DNA of 63,630 nucleotides, the filler included, from Octopus bimaculoides (taxonomy: Eukaryota): the NCBI RefSeq assembly GCF_001194135.2. It is 6 parts of 6 records of this genome, joined end to end, with 100 filler letters (N's around TTAATTAATTAA, not from the genome) between each part and the next. Parts side by side here need not be neighbours in the genome. Positions count along the whole stretch, not along the records: positions 12,843 to 34,466 come from NC_068984.1; positions 34,567 to 38,976 come from NW_026358356.1; 4 more parts are not named here. One strand, written 5' to 3'. Below are positions 22,646 to 34,715 of this stretch, piece after piece; within the stretch, counting starts at the first letter, position 1; every line of letters begins with the position of its first letter. The notes under the pieces are model-generated. The model searched no databases, was not told the origin of the DNA, and saw nothing but the letters and a program-made list of their open reading frames with translations. The translations under genes and the position numbers were made by a program.

Positions 22646-24213
22646 ATGTAGACATCATAATTTTCTATGGCTTAACAAAAAGGAAATCAGTATCTCCCAC
22701 TTTTACAGAGCTTTCGTGAGTAATGGAGAAAGGGGTGAAAGACAAACGCCATGTCTGGTGTATTTCTGTTGTACGTGGCAACACAGTCCATGACTTATAA
22801 TTATATGTAAAAATAAATAAATAAAATTAAGACCTGCTTCACCACAATTACTCGGTAGTTAATGAGAATATCAAGAGACGCTTCCTCCAATGACATTGGA
22901 ATCTCATTCTGTTTCTTTGAAATAATTAAGATGATCATATTTTCCTCAGGTGAAACCTGGTATGACTGTTTGCCATTCACTAAAAGCACCTGAGGATCAG
23001 GTGATGATATTAAAATAGGCAATGGATTAAGTTTACCGTCTAATTCCATAGTTTCGTTCTCATAAGTCTTGGATCTATCCGATGGTATTAGAGAAGATGG
23101 TTTTTAAAGATGCCGCGTGGTGCGATCTAACCAAGAACCACGAAAATGCAAAGCGAACTTCTTAACCATGCCGTTTATGCCTGCTTCATTGGTACAAACG
23201 TAGGTGCAAGCATAATGCTATACTGATAGTGTCCTGGTATGTAATACATAGGCATTGTCTAATGTTGTCTCCTCGGCTATTCTTTTCCATGCGTGATTAT
23301 ATTTTTGCCTGCTCTTCCTGTACTTGGTCTTTCTTCAGAATAATCCAGCTATCTAAACGTATAAATATACTTTGGTTTAATGAAATAATTTTATACATGG
23401 CATTCCAGTATGGCCATATCCCGGTAATCTGAACCTGTGTATGCGGAAATGAATTCGTCAATTATCTGACTGATAATTTGCTTCTCAGTTTTCAGCTGAA
23501 TTTTTCTGAATCTTACAAGCTCTCAGTAAGCATTAACAAGCGGAAGAGTTCTCAAGTTTTCAAATTGACTCTGGTACAGTATTCAACTAAAGACAAGATG
23601 TTTATTTCTCACTGATTCAGTTAGCCAATCTTTGAATAGATATATTTGTAAATAACTAGGGTGCTGCATGATTAACGAGAATTCTCGAGGCCGTTACATA
23701 GACGCTCATACTACAACATTTTTGAACAAATTCTGTCAACGATACGTCTTTGTGAGACAGTATAACTGAATAAATAAAAGCACAGCCTTTCCACATCTAT
23801 TCACATTAAAAATATCTCCGAAATCTATACAATTCTACACACTCTAAACCTAATTCTCCAAAAGTAACTTCGAAGTTCTTGACTGTATCTATACCATTTC
23901 ATTGACGAACAAAATATTTCGTAATTGAAACAATAAAATATAAAACACTTCTTGCATATCAAATTATTTGAGAAGTGTGTGTCTTCGAGTCCGCATTCTG
24001 CATCATTCACATTGTGAAACAACATTGTATTATTCATGATAAAAAATCATCACCAAATTGTATTATTTTATTTATATTTTGCCCCGGTTTACACGTGTAA
24101 CACCTTAACTATGGAACGAATACATTATCTCTTATTACTATTTTTGTTATTCATAAGACAAACATTTAATCTCTCCCTCACTCCTCTCTCTTTCTTTTTA
24201 TAATTTTACAGCA

Positions 24214-24477
24214 TAGTGTTCCCAAAGTGGACGGCACTGCCTCTCTATGGGCGACGGAAAGACCAAGAAAAGTTGGGTAATAATAGGGTGGCCAAAAGAG
24301 GGCGATGGATGTACCCCACCCAATAATTAGGTAAAGTCTTATTTGTGAAATACTGTTGTTTTGGATTTGCTGCAGAAAATGGTCTACTTTTGTGGTGGTG
24401 GTGGTAGTGAGGGGAGCGCTAGGAACGTGGCTCGAGTGTCAAAGGGGCGGCAGCCCGAAAGAATTTGGGAACCACTG
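24214..24477. mobile_element. hAT/Charlie-like MITE
   Basis: TIRs TAGTGTTCCCAAA / TTTGGGAACCACTG. Confidence 0.7.
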
Positions 24478-24751
24478 TAGTAGTTGCAGTACTTTGTTTA
24501 CTGGAACTGTGGCTTCAAGTCCAGTTACATGCATTTTCTTCAATGTCATAAAAATAAAGACCAAGTATACAAACAAGGTAGAATAATTTTAGAAATAGTT
24601 TATATCTTTGATTTCACTCCTGAATTAAAATTGCTTTACAACTTGATTTAACTATAAAAAAATAGATAACTCACAGAATAGAAGAGGTGATAAGTGTATA
24701 AAAAATGAATATAGTTTTCAAAGATGTTCTTTCCGTAGAATGCGATTTTAG

Positions 24752-24934
24752 GACACAAGACCAGCGATTCCAGGGGAGGGGTAAGTTGATTACATCTACC
24801 CCAGTGCATTTATTTTACCGACTCCGAAAAGATGAAAGGCAAAGTTGGCTTCAGGGGTATTTGAACTCAGAACGTAAAGACAGAAGACATGCTGCTAAGC
24901 ATTTTGCCTAACGATTCTGCCAACTCGCCACCTT
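24752..24934 (-). mobile_element. SINE family A
   Basis: Head AAGGTGGCGAGTTGGCAGAATCGTTAGG, conserved GCCTTTCATCTTTTCGGAGTCGGTAAAATAAA block. Confidence 0.85.
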
Positions 24935-24989
24935 TGGACTTACAGCATATTGAAAAAAAAAAAAAAGAAAAAACGGTTAAAAAATATAA

Positions 24990-25158
24990 TCTTTTCTACT
25001 CAAGGTACAAGGTCCGAAATATTTTGGGGAGGGAGCTAGTCGATTAGATCGATCCAGTACGCAACAGGTACTTAATTTGTCGACCTCAGCGGAATTTGAA
25101 CTTAGAAAGTAAAAACAGACGAAATACCACTAAGCATTTCACCCGGCGTGCTAACGTT
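24990..25158 (-). mobile_element. SINE family A with internal deletion
   Basis: AAACGTTAGCACGCCGGGTGAAATGCTTAG...TTCAAATTCCGCTGAGGTCGAC. Confidence 0.85.
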
Positions 25159-25162
25159 TTTT

Positions 25163-25321
25163 TATTTCTTTACTGCCCATAAGGGGCTACACACAGAGGG
25201 GACAAACAAGGACAGACAAACGGATTAATTCGATTATATCTATCCCAGTGCGTAACTGGTACTTAATTTATCGACTCCGAAAGGATGAAAGGCAAAGTCG
25301 ACCTCGGCGGAATTTGAACTC
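25163..25321 (-). mobile_element. SINE family A variant with a different 3' tail; 5' end lies in the gap
   Basis: Shared core to CAGTTACGCACTGGG, then a divergent tail CCGTTTGTCTGTCCTTGTTTGTCCCCTCTGTGTGTAGCCCCTTATGGGCAG. Confidence 0.85.
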
Positions 25322-25449
25322 NNNNNNNNNNNNNNNNNNNNNNNNNNNNNNNNNNNNAAAAAAAAAAAAAAAAAAAGGTTAAAAAATATATTATAAATTT
25401 CATGGTTCTCTATGATTCCAACAAATAAATATTTTTCAGAGTAACTGTG

Positions 25450-25990
25450 CCATTTTCTTTAGACTGCTCGTTTGTTATCGTTTGGTTTAGGTTTAAAAGT
25501 TAAACCTTTCATACCCCGCCAAATAAATAACACCTAACGTGGGTGAAAACTTTCTTTAGCCTGGGGTGCCGGTGTTTCACCTTTCCCTGCCCACTGTCTT
25601 CGGCGTTTGACATTTTTATAGAGAACCTATTTCTCGACACCAGTCACAATTCGATCCCAAAAAGGTTCATTTGTGAGACGTGACAGCAAAAGGAACACAC
25701 ATTCACTCTCTGCGCGCGATTAGACTCGGAAAGATTGTGAGGCACTCGTTAACCCAATTTTCTGACTTTTCCGATGACAAGCAGGTGTCGATGAATGGTT
25801 GAATGACCAAACCCAAGCTTCTGTGCTAGTTCCTCAGCACTTACGACAGGATTTTGTTTCACCAGGGTTTGCAAGACGTCTTCGTCGAGCTCTACAGATC
25901 TTCAAGGACAAGGCTCGTCGTGTTAGTGCAAAATAAAAAAAAATGCATCTCTGAGAAATGCGAAGAATGACTATCGTTAAGTGGTATGAA
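25450..25990 (-). pseudogene. Mariner transposase fragment (HTH to first catalytic Asp region)
   Basis: Translates to ELDEDVLQTLVKQNPVVSAEELAQKLGFGHSTIHRHL...RVPHNLSESNRAQRVNVC...NEPFWDRIVTG, with stops and frameshifts. Confidence 0.88.
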
Positions 25991-27462
25991 ATGGCAGAGT
26001 CATTACAACCAAGGCGAGAATGCCTTGTCGTATTCCTTCCGGTTTTCCGCGCTCTGTGTTCAAGTCCCACCACTGTATTTTTACATTACAATCAGGGAAC
26101 AATCGGTTACAGATTTCCGTGGAGACAAACACTAATTCACAGCATTTCTGATAGCGAAAATGACAAAAAGAACCTGTTATTCAGTGTTGAATAAGTATCA
26201 CAAAGAAACGATGCTTTTGAGTTTTCTCTCTAATGTTTACAACTTTCACCGATAGATATCGAAGAAAGACACTTTAACGCGCGCGCGGGCACACACACAA
26301 TTTCCGCCGGTAAAATCCTACTCACAAAGCGTGCGATTAAAGTATATTTAGTACCACTACACAAATGAACTTGAAGAGTTGGTAATAGCTGGTGAAACTA
26401 TTCCAGTTGTTGTTAACTCCATTCTCGTGTGTGTGAGAAAGAGAAACACATCTTGTCACGAGGTCCACTCGTATGTAAGTTTATTAACCTCTTAACATAA
26501 ACACTTTTTCAATTTCCATGCGAAAAATATTTTTTTTTTAGTTATTTATTTTGAGTCTGTATATAAGAAAGCATAAGTACACAAATTATTTTGCATTAGT
26601 TATGATATATTACGAAGTTACTGATAGAAACGATAGTTAATGATAGAAAACTGGAATAACATCATGAACGAAATATATCTGCTTAGAAATAAGCGACAAA
26701 TATCTCAGAGTGCAACGAACGTATATTTTCGTTCAAATATATATTTACTAGACATCTCTGAAGGAAAATATATGGGATAATATATTAAGGAGTTAAACGA
26801 GCGTCTGTAAATGTATCCACAAGCATGCGAGCGCACGTATGTGTGGTATACATGGCGAAAACTATAAATTGTAAATGTTGGTACTACGCAAAGAAGGATC
26901 GAACTCAGAAATATATGATTATGAAGTGCATATTTTAACCGCACGGATGCATATATATATATATATATACGCTTATGTGCATGACGTAGTTATTGAATAT
27001 GCACTATTTTAAAACGAAACTTCATAAAATAACAGCGTGTGTGTGTCTGTATTTAACTAACGGATATATATTGTTATGTTGTGACTCCACCGATTCTGTT
27101 TTATGTTGTGGGGTTTCTTCGCTGCCGAAATAACAGGAAGATTCGAAATAGAAGCTGACCTTATTTTTTTGACATCTTAAAGGTCAGCATGAAAATGTCA
27201 GTAATATTCGGAGTTGATCACAGACGCTACTTACAGGAGAAACTTAAACAATTTTGTACATTAAAATAGTGGACAGTCTATTTTCATACTTGTAATAATT
27301 ATATTTTCTACCCACATTCCTCGCATATTTCTCATCCTCTCTCTATCCCTCTCACTCCCGCTTCCCTTTTTTGTGTGTGCATGCAGATCTGTAAGGGTGT
27401 GTATGTGGGTGCATTGTGCGCATTTGAAAGTTCAATGCCTCTTATATACAAATATACTAACA

Positions 27463-27642
27463 TATTTGTGAGAGGTGACAGCAAAGAAGAACAAACATTC
27501 ACTCTCTGCGCGCGATTAGACTCGGAAAGATTGTGAGGCACCCGTTGACCCAATTTGCTGACTATTCCGATGACAAGCAGGTGTCGATGAATGGCTGAAT
27601 GACCAAATCCAAGTTTCTTTGCTAGTTCCTCAACACTTACGA
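27463..27642 (-). pseudogene. Second mariner transposase fragment (HTH/WVPHEL-like region)
   Basis: Closely similar direct repeat of 25667-25846; ORF track shows GQRVPHNLSESNRAQRVNVCSSLLS. Confidence 0.88.
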
Positions 27643-27689
27643 TGCAAATATAGTAGTATTATTGCACAATCATACACATGTCTGCACAT

Positions 27690-27927
27690 ATATATATATA
27701 TGTATGTATGTATGTATATATGTATGTATGTATATATGTATGTATATATGTATGTATATATATATGTATGTATGTATATATGTATGTATATATGTATGTA
27801 TATATGTATGTATGTATATATGTATGTATATATGTATGTATATATGTATGTATATATGTATGTATATATGTATGTATATATGTATGTATATATGTATGTA
27901 TATATGTATGTATATATGTATGTATAT
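27690..27927. repeat. (ATATGTATGTAT)n higher-order microsatellite running into a gap
   Basis: Directly visible. Confidence 0.9.
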
Positions 27928-28591
27928 NNNNNNNNNNNNNNNNNNNNNNNNNNNNNNNNNNNNNNNNNNNNNNNNNNNNNNNNNNNNNNNNNNNNNNNNN
28001 NNNNNNNNNNNNNNNNNNNNNNNNNNNNNNNNNNNNNNNNNNNNNNNNNNNNNNNNNNNNNNNNNNNNNNNNNNNNNNNNNNNNNNNNNNNNNNNNNNNN
28101 NNNNNNNNNNNNNNNNNNNNNNNNNNNNNNNNNNNNNNNNNNNNNNNNNNNNNNNNNNNNNNNNNNNNNNNNNNNNNNNNNNNNNNNNNNNNNNNNNNNN
28201 NNNNNNNNNNNNNNNNNNNNNNNNNNNNNNNNNNNNNNNNNNNNNNNNNNNNNNNNNNNNNNNNNNNNNNNNNNNNNNNNNNNNNNNNNNNNNNNNNNNN
28301 NNNNNNNNNNNNNNNNNNNNNNNNNNNNNNNNNNNNNNNNNNNNNNNNNNNNNNNNNNNNNNNNNNNNNNNNNNNNNNNNNNNNNNNNNNNNNNNNNNNN
28401 NNNNNNNNNNNNNNNNNNNNNNNNNNNNNNNNNNNNNNNNNNNNNNNNNNNNNNNNNNNNNNNNNNNNNNNNNNNNNNNNNNNNNNNNNNNNNNNNNNNN
28501 NNNNNNNNNNNNNNNNNNNNNNNNNNNNNNNNNNNNNNNNNNNNNNNNNNNNNNNNNNNNNNNNNNNNNNNNNNNNNNNNNNNNNNNNNNN

Positions 28592-29030
28592 CGTACCGAT
28601 TTTTAAAGGAAAGGAAAAGATCAATAAATACTTCCCATTACATTTTTAATCAACTAAATATGAACTATTTTGTTACACAATGCGTCTCCATCTTTCCTTT
28701 AACTTGAAAATATCCTCTTCCCAGAATTGAGGTGGTTTCATGGCAAAGAATTCATCAAGGTATCTTTTTACGTCATCCAAGGAATTGAAATTTTTACCAT
28801 TAAGCGGAAATCCGAAAGAGCAATATCTGGTGAAAATAGAGGGTGGGGTAACAGGTCCCAGCCGAGCTGCAGAAATTTTTGTCTGGTTCCCAAAGAAACG
28901 TGCGGTCTTTCATTATCATGTTGGAAAACAAAACCCTTCCTGTTGGCCAATTCTGGACGTTTCACTTGAATTGTCATATGCAATACATATTGCCCACTGG
29001 ATGCTCGAAACCACATAGGAAAGTTTGAAG
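28592..29030 (-). pseudogene. Mariner transposase C-terminal fragment
   Basis: KRPELANRKGFVFQHDNERPH...LPHPLFSPDIALSDF (HDNARPH and YSPDLAPSD motifs), then YLDEFFAMKPPQFWEEDIFKLKERWRRIV. Confidence 0.92.
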
Positions 29031-29049
29031 ATTGCTTCACATGAATTAG

Positions 29050-29395
29050 ATAAATCCTCATGAAACTGGAACACCACGTGAGCATATTTCTTATGGATAA
29101 TTTCAGCAATGTCAAATGGCCTGAAGGCCTCATACTCTCAGGATTGACTCATTGCAAACAAGCAGAAGTGGAGTCCCTGCTCAACCTCACCAATGCCCTA
29201 TTCATGGAGCAAGTTGTACTCAGACCAACTAGGGCGAATAACATTTTGGATCTCTGCTTCACGAACAATATAGATATCGTTCATGATGTGAAAGTGACGC
29301 CGACATTAGTCTCGGATCACAACATAATAGAGCTGTCTATGTATGGACCAAAAGAAGTCAGAGACATACAGCCTATATATTATAATCTTCCAATA
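29050..29395 (+). pseudogene. CR1-like LINE APE endonuclease fragment
   Basis: EQVVLRPTRANNILDLCFTN...SDHNII motifs. Confidence 0.85.
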
Positions 29396-29589
29396 CTGAA
29401 ACACGTGTAGTTCCTTCATAATGATAATTTTAACTTAAGTAGGAGATAATTAAGGAATGTATACCCTGCTGGTGTACAGGTTTTATCCTTAAAGTATTAT
29501 TTTTTGATGTGCATATAAATACCACGAGTTTACCTTCAGATATACTCGTTATGTTATTTTTTGCATAACCTGAAATAGAATGCCCACAT

Positions 29590-30665
29590 ATCTATTAATC
29601 CCAGCAACTGAATTAGGGGTTAAATCCTCCAAAACCCTTCGAAATATATATCACCGCGTATCTCTCTCATCTTCTTTCCATGGAATAGAGACTCAGCTCC
29701 TTTAGCTTCTCCTAGTAGTCATCTTTTGCATCGAGTCAATCTTTTTTATGTATCGGCGCTGGATTGCCTCGAGTTCTACAGTTGGTTTCACACACTCTGG
29801 GGAACGTAGCTGGGAACGGCTGAGAACGACAGTTCTCCATAGGAGTAGTAGGGCCTCCCTTTCCCTGGTTCTGAATGTCCTCAGAATCCATCCAGCCGCT
29901 CGCCTGCACAGTGTTGCCATATTGGTAATATGCACATGGAATGTTGCATCATTGCTCATGTGAACACCGAGATCATGCACCGACTCTGACTCTGGTCTAG
30001 TGTATTTCGATTTTAGCCTGATGTTGGGCCGGTAGTGGAGTGCCTAAATTTCATAGCATTGAACTGCATGTTATTTCTGTTAGCCCATTTGTATATTTCA
30101 TTCAGGTCTTTCTTCATTTTTATGATGTCCTTTGGGTTTCTTACTGCCTGCGATACATTTGTGTCGTCAGCCTAACTGGTCAGATTGGCTGATTGTATCG
30201 TGGAGAGCATGTCTGAGAGGGTCACCAAAGATAGTAGTAGTCCAGTACCGTTCCTTGTGGGACACCGCTGAGAATTGGTGTCTCTTCAGAGTGAGCACCA
30301 TTGGCTACAACTGTCTGACTCTTGCCCATCAGAAAGTCATGCAGTCACTCTCCCAGTTTTCCAGTAATACCAAGTTTTCGCAGCTTGTGACATATCATGC
30401 CAAAATCAACCTTGTCGAAGGCCATGGCAAAGTCGAGGTTTATCACGTCTACTGCTGACTAGTCTAGCTGTTGTTTCAGTACCTAGTTTCAGTGCTGCAG
30501 CAGCTGTGTGAGGCAGCTCCTCCCTGGACGGAAGCCATGTTGCGTGTTTGTGAGAGGGTTGTTTTCTTCCAGGAACGTGATCAGCCTTTTTCTGACAATG
30601 CGTTCCATTGTCTTACTTACATGTGAGGTCAGAGAGATGGGCTTGTAGTTTTTAGCATGTGCTCT
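29590..30665 (-). pseudogene. CR1-like LINE reverse transcriptase fragment
   Basis: KNYKPISLTSHVSKTMERIV...QHGFRPG...LDFAMAFDKVD...SGVPQGTVLGPLL...ADDT...DLGV...RTF, with stops. Confidence 0.9.
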
Positions 30666-30709
30666 GCTCCCTCCTTTATGGACAGGGCATATTATACCCT
30701 TTTAGCATG

Positions 30710-30746
<37 letters not shown>

Positions 30747-31187
30747 NNNNNNNNNNNNNNNNNNNNNNNNNNNNNNNNNNNNNNNNNNNNNNNNNNNNNN
30801 NNNNNNNNNNNNNNNNNNNNNNNNNNNNNNNNNNNNNNNNNNNNNNNNNNNNNNNNNNNNNNNNNNNNNNNNNNNNNNNNNNNNNNNNNNNNNNNNNNNN
30901 NNNNNNNNNNNNNNNNNNNNNNNNNNNNNNNNNNNNNNNNNNNNNNNNNNNNNNNNNNNNNNNNNNNNNNNNNNNNNNNNNNNNNNNNNNNNNNNNNNNN
31001 NNNNNNNNNNNNNNNNNNNNNNNNNNNNNNNNNNNNNNNNNNNNNNNNNNNNNNNNNNNNNNNNNNNNNNNNNNNNNNNNNNNNNNNNNNNNNNNNNNNN
31101 NNNNNNNNNNNNNNNNNNNNNNNNNNNNNNNNNNNNNNNNNNNNNNNNNNNNNNNNNNNNNNNNNNNNNNNNNNNNNNNNNNNNNNN

Positions 31188-31224
<37 letters not shown>

Positions 31225-31227
31225 CAC

Positions 31228-31259
<32 letters not shown>

Positions 31260-31732
31260 ATTAAAATTAATTAAATGACATACTAAGTATGTCTACCTTC
31301 TGGAAACAACATTCAAAACTCTTATTTAAATTGCCGAAAAAAAATGATAAATATTGTAGAAATCAACTGTTCGCAGGCAAACGGACTAGGGCAATGTCTC
31401 AACATACATTCAAGTATTTGGACTCACGTGGACCGGTTTCTGGACTGGCATTATAGCCTCACCTTCCTCAGCACTATGATGGAAAGCCCCAATCCGTCAC
31501 GTTGAAATCTGCGCTGCAACTGATTCGTTTTGCGCCGAATCAGCCACCAGTGTGAAAATAATTTCAATACGGAGCAAATAATTCAGGAGAAAATATTTGC
31601 GGAGATATTATTGACTCTATTATTATCTAGTGTAACAATCAAAAATGATAATAACAGAATCATTAATATAGGTGATTGCAGGCTCAAAACAATCCAGCAA
31701 TTCTTTCACACGGAATTTCGTCTATCTGCACA

Positions 31733-31826
31733 CCAATTGTCCTGATGAGGCTTATATATAAAGGAATTGAATTGTTTATATACCCAAAAATGCATATAAG
31801 TCGAAACAAATTGTTGTCTTTTTTGG
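31733..31826 (+). ncRNA. Type I hammerhead motif: canonical core, 9-bp stem II, weak stem I
   Basis: CTGATGA(31742-31748), GGCTTATAT/ATATAAGTC, GAA, ACAA/TTGT, GUC at 31816-31818. Confidence 0.6.
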
Positions 31827-32632
31827 ATTTTTAAAGAATTGTTTATGTTATATTATATTCATAGTATATTACGTTATATTATAATATAAATAAATTATAT
31901 GATTGTCATTTGTATCTCTCTATTTAATTTATTGTTTGTAATTATACCCATATTGTAATTTTACATAATGATTTCTTTTTGCACCCTGCTCTGTTATTTC
32001 TCCACAGACAGCAATCATTTCCCAAACCAAAATTCAAAGACTGATGAACCACCCTTCTTCAAAAAACTCATTACTTTGCACTTTCATAGCTCAAAGCTCA
32101 CCTTGTCATCTACCCAGGCTTTCGTGCAAAGAAGGTCACTGTTGGGACTGGTTTCTGTGGGATCTCGTTCCTTAATACTGTGCAAACAACTTAGGATCAT
32201 CACAGTTCAAGTACAATATATTTTCATAAGCGCAGAAAGGACATGAAAACTAGGAATAAAAGCGAGTGAAGAAATGAACCTTGTAAGAAATGAGCCTTTT
32301 AATGGTATTTATGGAAAAATGAAAATAGGTGGCCTGAAAGTTAACAACCTCAGATCCTTAAACTACAAGAATTTTCCCTTGGCAAAACCCACATATATTC
32401 AGAAATAAGAATCGTGTTCCATAGTGCTTCAGACAAATGCTCTAAATCAAAAGATTGCTTGAAAGGATTACTTCGACGGATTTCTTAAGGTAAATTTGCA
32501 ACGATCTTTGATGACCTTTGCGTCTTCTCTTAGCATTCAGTTTATCGCCGAATCCGCTGTCTCAAATATTTTTAAAATCCACGGTTATGATAAATTTCCT
32601 GTTCTCTCTCTCTCTATCTATCTATCTATCTA

Positions 32633-32673
<41 letters not shown>

Positions 32674-32681
32674 CTATGTGT

Positions 32682-32812
32682 GTTAGCAGGGCGGCTATAG
32701 CTTTGTATAGATTGTCATGTGATAATTAGTCCTGTTCTTTGCGATCTGAGTTCAAATTCCACCGAAAACAAGATGCTTTCATTCTTTCGTAGACGATAAA
32801 TAAAGCACCAGT
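32682..32812 (+). mobile_element. Degenerate SINE family A
   Basis: TCTGAGTTCAAATTCCACCG...GCTTTCATTCTTTCGTAGACGATAAATAAAGCACCAG. Confidence 0.6.
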
Positions 32813-34011
32813 CCTACTCAAAAGTCGCGATTCTTCTATTCCTCTCACTCTTTCTCTCTGTCCGTCTTTCTATCTTCTGCTAGAAATAGACTGTAGTAAG
32901 ATCTAGGGAGCTAAGTGATCTGCCAGATATAAAAATGCCTAAGACACAATATATATCATGATGGCGCCCCTACGACTCCTTCAAAGAGCTTAGGTCCTAA
33001 TGAAAGGCAACGTATATATGTACATATATATATTTATTACTTTGTACTTTTTTGATTTTTATTATAGGTCTTTTTAGTGAATTTACTTATTAAATTTTTC
33101 TATATGTGATTGTGGCTTTTCATGGCTGAATTCAATAATTATGTTTTTTCTCTAAATTATATATCTATCTATATATATATATATATATNNNNNNNNNNNN
33201 NNNNNNNNNNNNNNNNNNNNNNNNNNNNNNNNNNNNNNNNNNNNNNNNNNNNNNNNNNNNNNNNNNNNNNNNNNNNNNNNNNNNNNNNNNNNNNNNNNNN
33301 NNNNNNNNNNNNNNNNNNNNNNNNNNNNNNNNNNNNNNNNNNNNNNNNNNNNNNNNNNNNNNNNNNNNNNNNNNNNNNNNNNNNNNNNNNNNNNNNNNNN
33401 NNNNNNNNNNNNNNNNNNNNNNNNNNNNNNNNNNNNNNNNNNNNNNNNNNNNNNNNNNNNNNNNNNNNNNNNNNNNNNNNNNNNNNNNNNNNNNNNNNNN
33501 NNNNNNNNNNNNNNNNNNNNNNNNNNNNNNNNNNNNNNNNNNNNNNNNNNNNNNNNNNNNNNNNNNNNNNNNNNNNNNNNNNNNNNNNNNNNNNNNNNNN
33601 NNNNNNNNNNNNNNNNNNNNNNNNNNNNNNNNNNNNNNNNNNNNNNNNNNNNNNNNNNNNNNNNNNNNNNNNNNNNNNNNNNNNNNNNNNNNNNNNNNNN
33701 NNNNNNNNNNNNNNNNNNNNNNNNNNNNNNNNNNNNNNNNNNNNNNNNNNNNNNNNNNNNNNNNNNNNNNNNNNNNNNNNNNNNNNNNNNNNNNNNNNNN
33801 NNNNNNNNNNNNNNNNNNNNNNNNNNNNNNNNNNNNNNNNNNNNNNNNNNNNNNNNNNNNNNNNNNNNNNNNNNNNNNNNNNNNNNNNNNNNNNNNNNNN
33901 NNNNNNNNNNNNNNNNNNNNNNNNNNNNNNNNNNNNNNNNNNNNNNNNNNNNNNNNNNNNNNNNNNNNNNNNNNNNNNNNNNNNNNNNNNNNNNNNNNNN
34001 NNNNNNNNNNN

Positions 34012-34012
34012 N

Positions 34013-34065
<53 letters not shown>

Positions 34066-34216
34066 CAGGCTTTTTTCAATCTCCGTCTACCAGCACCACT
34101 TACAAGCCTTTGGTCGGCCCGAGACTATAGTAGAAGAAATTTTCCGGAATTGCCACGCAGTGGGAGTGAACATTGAACCATGTGGTTGGGAAGTAAACTT
34201 CTTACCACACAGCCAT
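34012..34216 (-). mobile_element. SINE family B 5' half (rest in gap)
   Basis: GGCTGTGTGGTAAGAAGTTTACTTCCCAACCACATGGTTC head, then the microsatellite. Confidence 0.85.
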
Positions 34217-34401
34217 ACATACACACACATACATACATACATACATTACATACATACATACATATAAATTTATATACATATATACATACATGCATACATA
34301 TATACATATATACATACATGCATACATATATACATATATACATATATGCATACATGCATACATATATACATATATACATATATGCATACATGCATACATA
34401 T

Positions 34402-34446
<45 letters not shown>

Positions 34447-34510
34447 AATTTATATGTATGTATGTANNNNNNNNNNNNNNNNNNNNNNNNNNNNNNNNNN
34501 NNNNNNNNNN

Positions 34511-34522
34511 TTAATTAATTAA
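34511..34522. other. Artificial scaffold linker TTAATTAATTAA
   Basis: Embedded in a 100-bp N block. Confidence 0.95.
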
Positions 34523-34572
34523 NNNNNNNNNNNNNNNNNNNNNNNNNNNNNNNNNNNNNNNNNNNNTCACAT

Positions 34573-34638
34573 GTTAAACTTCCCCGGTGTCTTCTCGTTA
34601 AACTTCCCCGGTGTCTCCGTTAAACTTCCCCGGTGTCT

Positions 34639-34639
<1 letters not shown>
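34573..34639. repeat. GTTAAACTTCCCCGGTGTCT x3 tandem repeat
   Basis: Directly visible, 22-24 bp period. Confidence 0.85.

Positions 34640-34640
<1 letters not shown>

Positions 34641-34715
<75 letters not shown>

Noticed and set aside
22801-23049. 82-aa ORF, or a GAFSEWQTVIP FN3-like mini-exon
   Set aside because: No recognisable domain, weak splice sites, too short to support.
23497-23526. 30-nt micro-exon (TTTTCAG|...|GTAAGC)
   Set aside because: Such site pairs arise by chance in 60 kb of AT-rich DNA; no supporting context.
25667-27642. 180-bp direct repeats 1.8 kb apart as LTRs
   Set aside because: Both translate to mariner transposase; no TG...CA ends, PBS or PPT.
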